This document shows, piece by piece, positions 62,349 to 64,000 of a stretch of 64,000 nt of DNA; within the stretch, counting starts at the first letter, position 1, and each line of letters opens with the position of its first letter. The translations under genes and the position numbers were made by a program. The notes beneath the pieces were generated by a model. That model saw nothing but the letters and a program-made list of their open reading frames with translations, searched no databases and was not told the origin of the DNA. Source of the stretch: Gekko japonicus (Eukaryota); contig NW_015161975.1 of assembly GCF_001447785.1 (NCBI RefSeq), positions 165,320 to 229,319 on the forward strand, given 5' to 3'.

Positions 62349-63280
62349 TCAAAAATACTGCCATTTCCCCAGCACCGTGTCTTTGATTGCGTCGACGAAT
62401 TGAGTCGGGACCCAGTAGACCCAGTAGTAAGAGGCTTCGGTGGGACCCAGCTGGAAGGCCTGGAGGGGCGGGAAGAGGAGGAGGCAGCTCAGCATCTAAG
62501 CCCTTCGGGGCGGGGGTGGGTGGGCGGGTGGGGGAACCACTCAATCCGCACCAGTTCAGACTTATCTGCAACCAGTGCTCCCTCTAAGCTGTGGAGTCTC
62601 GTGAGCAAAAATTCTCCTTTGTGAGCTACGGGCATTAAAGTTGTAAGCCAGCGATTTGGCTACTGCATAAATTAAGTTTGCTCTGGAGCCGTCCTTCCAG
62701 AGCTGAGACAAAAAATGTGTGAGCGGGAGGCTGAAAAACCGTGAGCTAGCTCACACTAACTCAGCTTGGAGGGAACACTGTCTGGAACGGCTCTTCCTCC
62801 TTCAGGATACTTGCCACCAATGTCCCCTCTAAGCTGTGGAGTCCTGTGAGCAAAAATTCTATTCTGTGAGCTACGGGCATTAAAGTTGTGAGCCAGCGAT
62901 TTGGCTACTGCATGAATTAGTTTGCTCTGGAACACTGCTTGCTGGCTAGTGGGAGAAGCTCCACCACCAAAAACACCCTTCCTCCAACCCCTCTTTCCAC
63001 CCACTTGGCCTCTGCTGACAGGGGTCTGAGGTTAGGCAGAGGTCAAAAGGAGGACCCCATTTCTTCTCTAGGAAGGAGGGAAGGAAAAGACCAGGCTCCC
63101 ATGAACGTGAGCTTGCCGGTTAGATGCAAGAAGTCACCATCCGCACTCAGCACCCACCCACCCGTCCCACGCAGCGTCATCCTGCGAAAGCTCTTACCAT
63201 CATGTGATATTCTTCGTGTCCTTCAATAGGTTCGCTCACCACATTCTTGATGGACCCCATGGGCAGTTTTTCTGTTCTCT
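62349..63280 (-). CDS. UBFD1: Ubiquitin family domain-containing 1, last two coding exons (not in the ORF track)
   Basis: 63280-63198 encodes (E)RTEKLPMGSIKNVVSEPIEGHEEYHMM; 62459-62349 encodes AFQLGPTEASYYWVYWVPTQFVDAIKDTVLGKWQYF*. GT-AG, in frame, and matches the UBFD1 C-terminus as I recall it. Confidence 0.93.
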
Positions 63281-63293
63281 CTAGATGCAAATA

Positions 63294-64000
63294 GTTCAGT
63301 TTATTTAAAGTTTAGTAGCCCATAGGCCATACACCATTTAAAAAAATATATTTACGAATTTAAAAGAACAGTAGAACAGAAATTTGCCACACCCATGATG
63401 CAATTTTGGCAGAGGCTGCTCAGTAGTAGTCTTAATCTTGATGCATCGTGAAAAGATGGAACATTTCGACAGCCGTTTCCCTAAGAATCTTTCTCTTGCC
63501 GCTGCACATTTTGGACAGTAGAAGAAAACATGACATGCCAAGTCCAGTTCTGTCAAAGGGCAGTCAGAATAGCGCTGGTCTTGAGAAAGCGCCCCTTCAC
63601 CTGGGCTGTTGGAAACGCATTGCAGCGTGCAATCGTGTACGGCCGCCTCAATTTTGGAATGGCCAACATGTTTAAGTAGAGAGGCGGGTCAAATTTAGTG
63701 GAATGTTTTGTAATTGCGTTGATTTGTTTAACAACATCCAATGCACACCAGAAGTAGCTTTGCTTAACTTATGGGATAACGCAATCACAGGGGCCACCAA
63801 AGAATTAACAGCAATTCTATTGGCAATGGCCAGGTTGACGATTGCGGCGGCTTGGAAATCGCCCGCTCCACCCACAATATCAGACTGGCAAGAGAAGATT
63901 TGGGAGCAATTTATAATGGCCAAAATCACAGATTCCATTCGTAGAACACATAATCCTTCTACGCCAACCTATTCTAAATTTTTACATATATGGGCTCCGG
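63294..64000 (-). mobile_element. RTE-X-like LINE 3' portion in a UBFD1 intron, sense to the gene
   Basis: Decayed ORF2 end (YLNMLAIPKLRRPYTIARCNAFPTAQVKGRF; HVFFYCPKCAAARERF) followed by ...GGCCTATGGGCTA...AATAAAACTGAACT tail. Confidence 0.7.

Noticed and set aside
57075-64000. CHP2 or PRKCB expected here from human synteny
   Set aside because: No EF-hand or kinase exons were found; the exons present encode the UBFD1 C-terminus.

Overview
GC-rich vertebrate genomic DNA from a squamate reptile. The Sauria-type and tRNA-derived SINEs suggest a lizard, probably a gecko (inference). Five spliced genes can be reconstructed from GT-AG boundaries, reading-frame continuity and recognisable protein motifs: PALB2 (minus, exons 1-7, runs off the left edge), DCTN5 (plus, complete, 182 aa), PLK1 (plus, 10 exons, start in an N-gap), ERN2/IRE1beta (minus, 22 exons, most of exon 1 in an N-gap) and the last two exons plus a ~5.3 kb 3' UTR of UBFD1 (minus). 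Most ORF-track entries are spurious GC-rich or repeat frames. Introns are dense with SINEs, hAT MITEs, fold-back elements and LINE/Penelope fragments. I see no wholly new gene system. The best leads are: an inverted copy of PALB2 exon 3 in intron 1 whose only perfectly matching part (37 bp) is complementary to the real exon's branch point and 3' splice site; Penelope-borne minimal hammerhead ribozyme motifs; transposon tails forming the splice-acceptor regions of PALB2, ERN2 and UBFD1; a gene order inverted relative to human; and an altered KEAP1-binding motif in PALB2. Repeat family names and human comparisons come from recall, not database searches.
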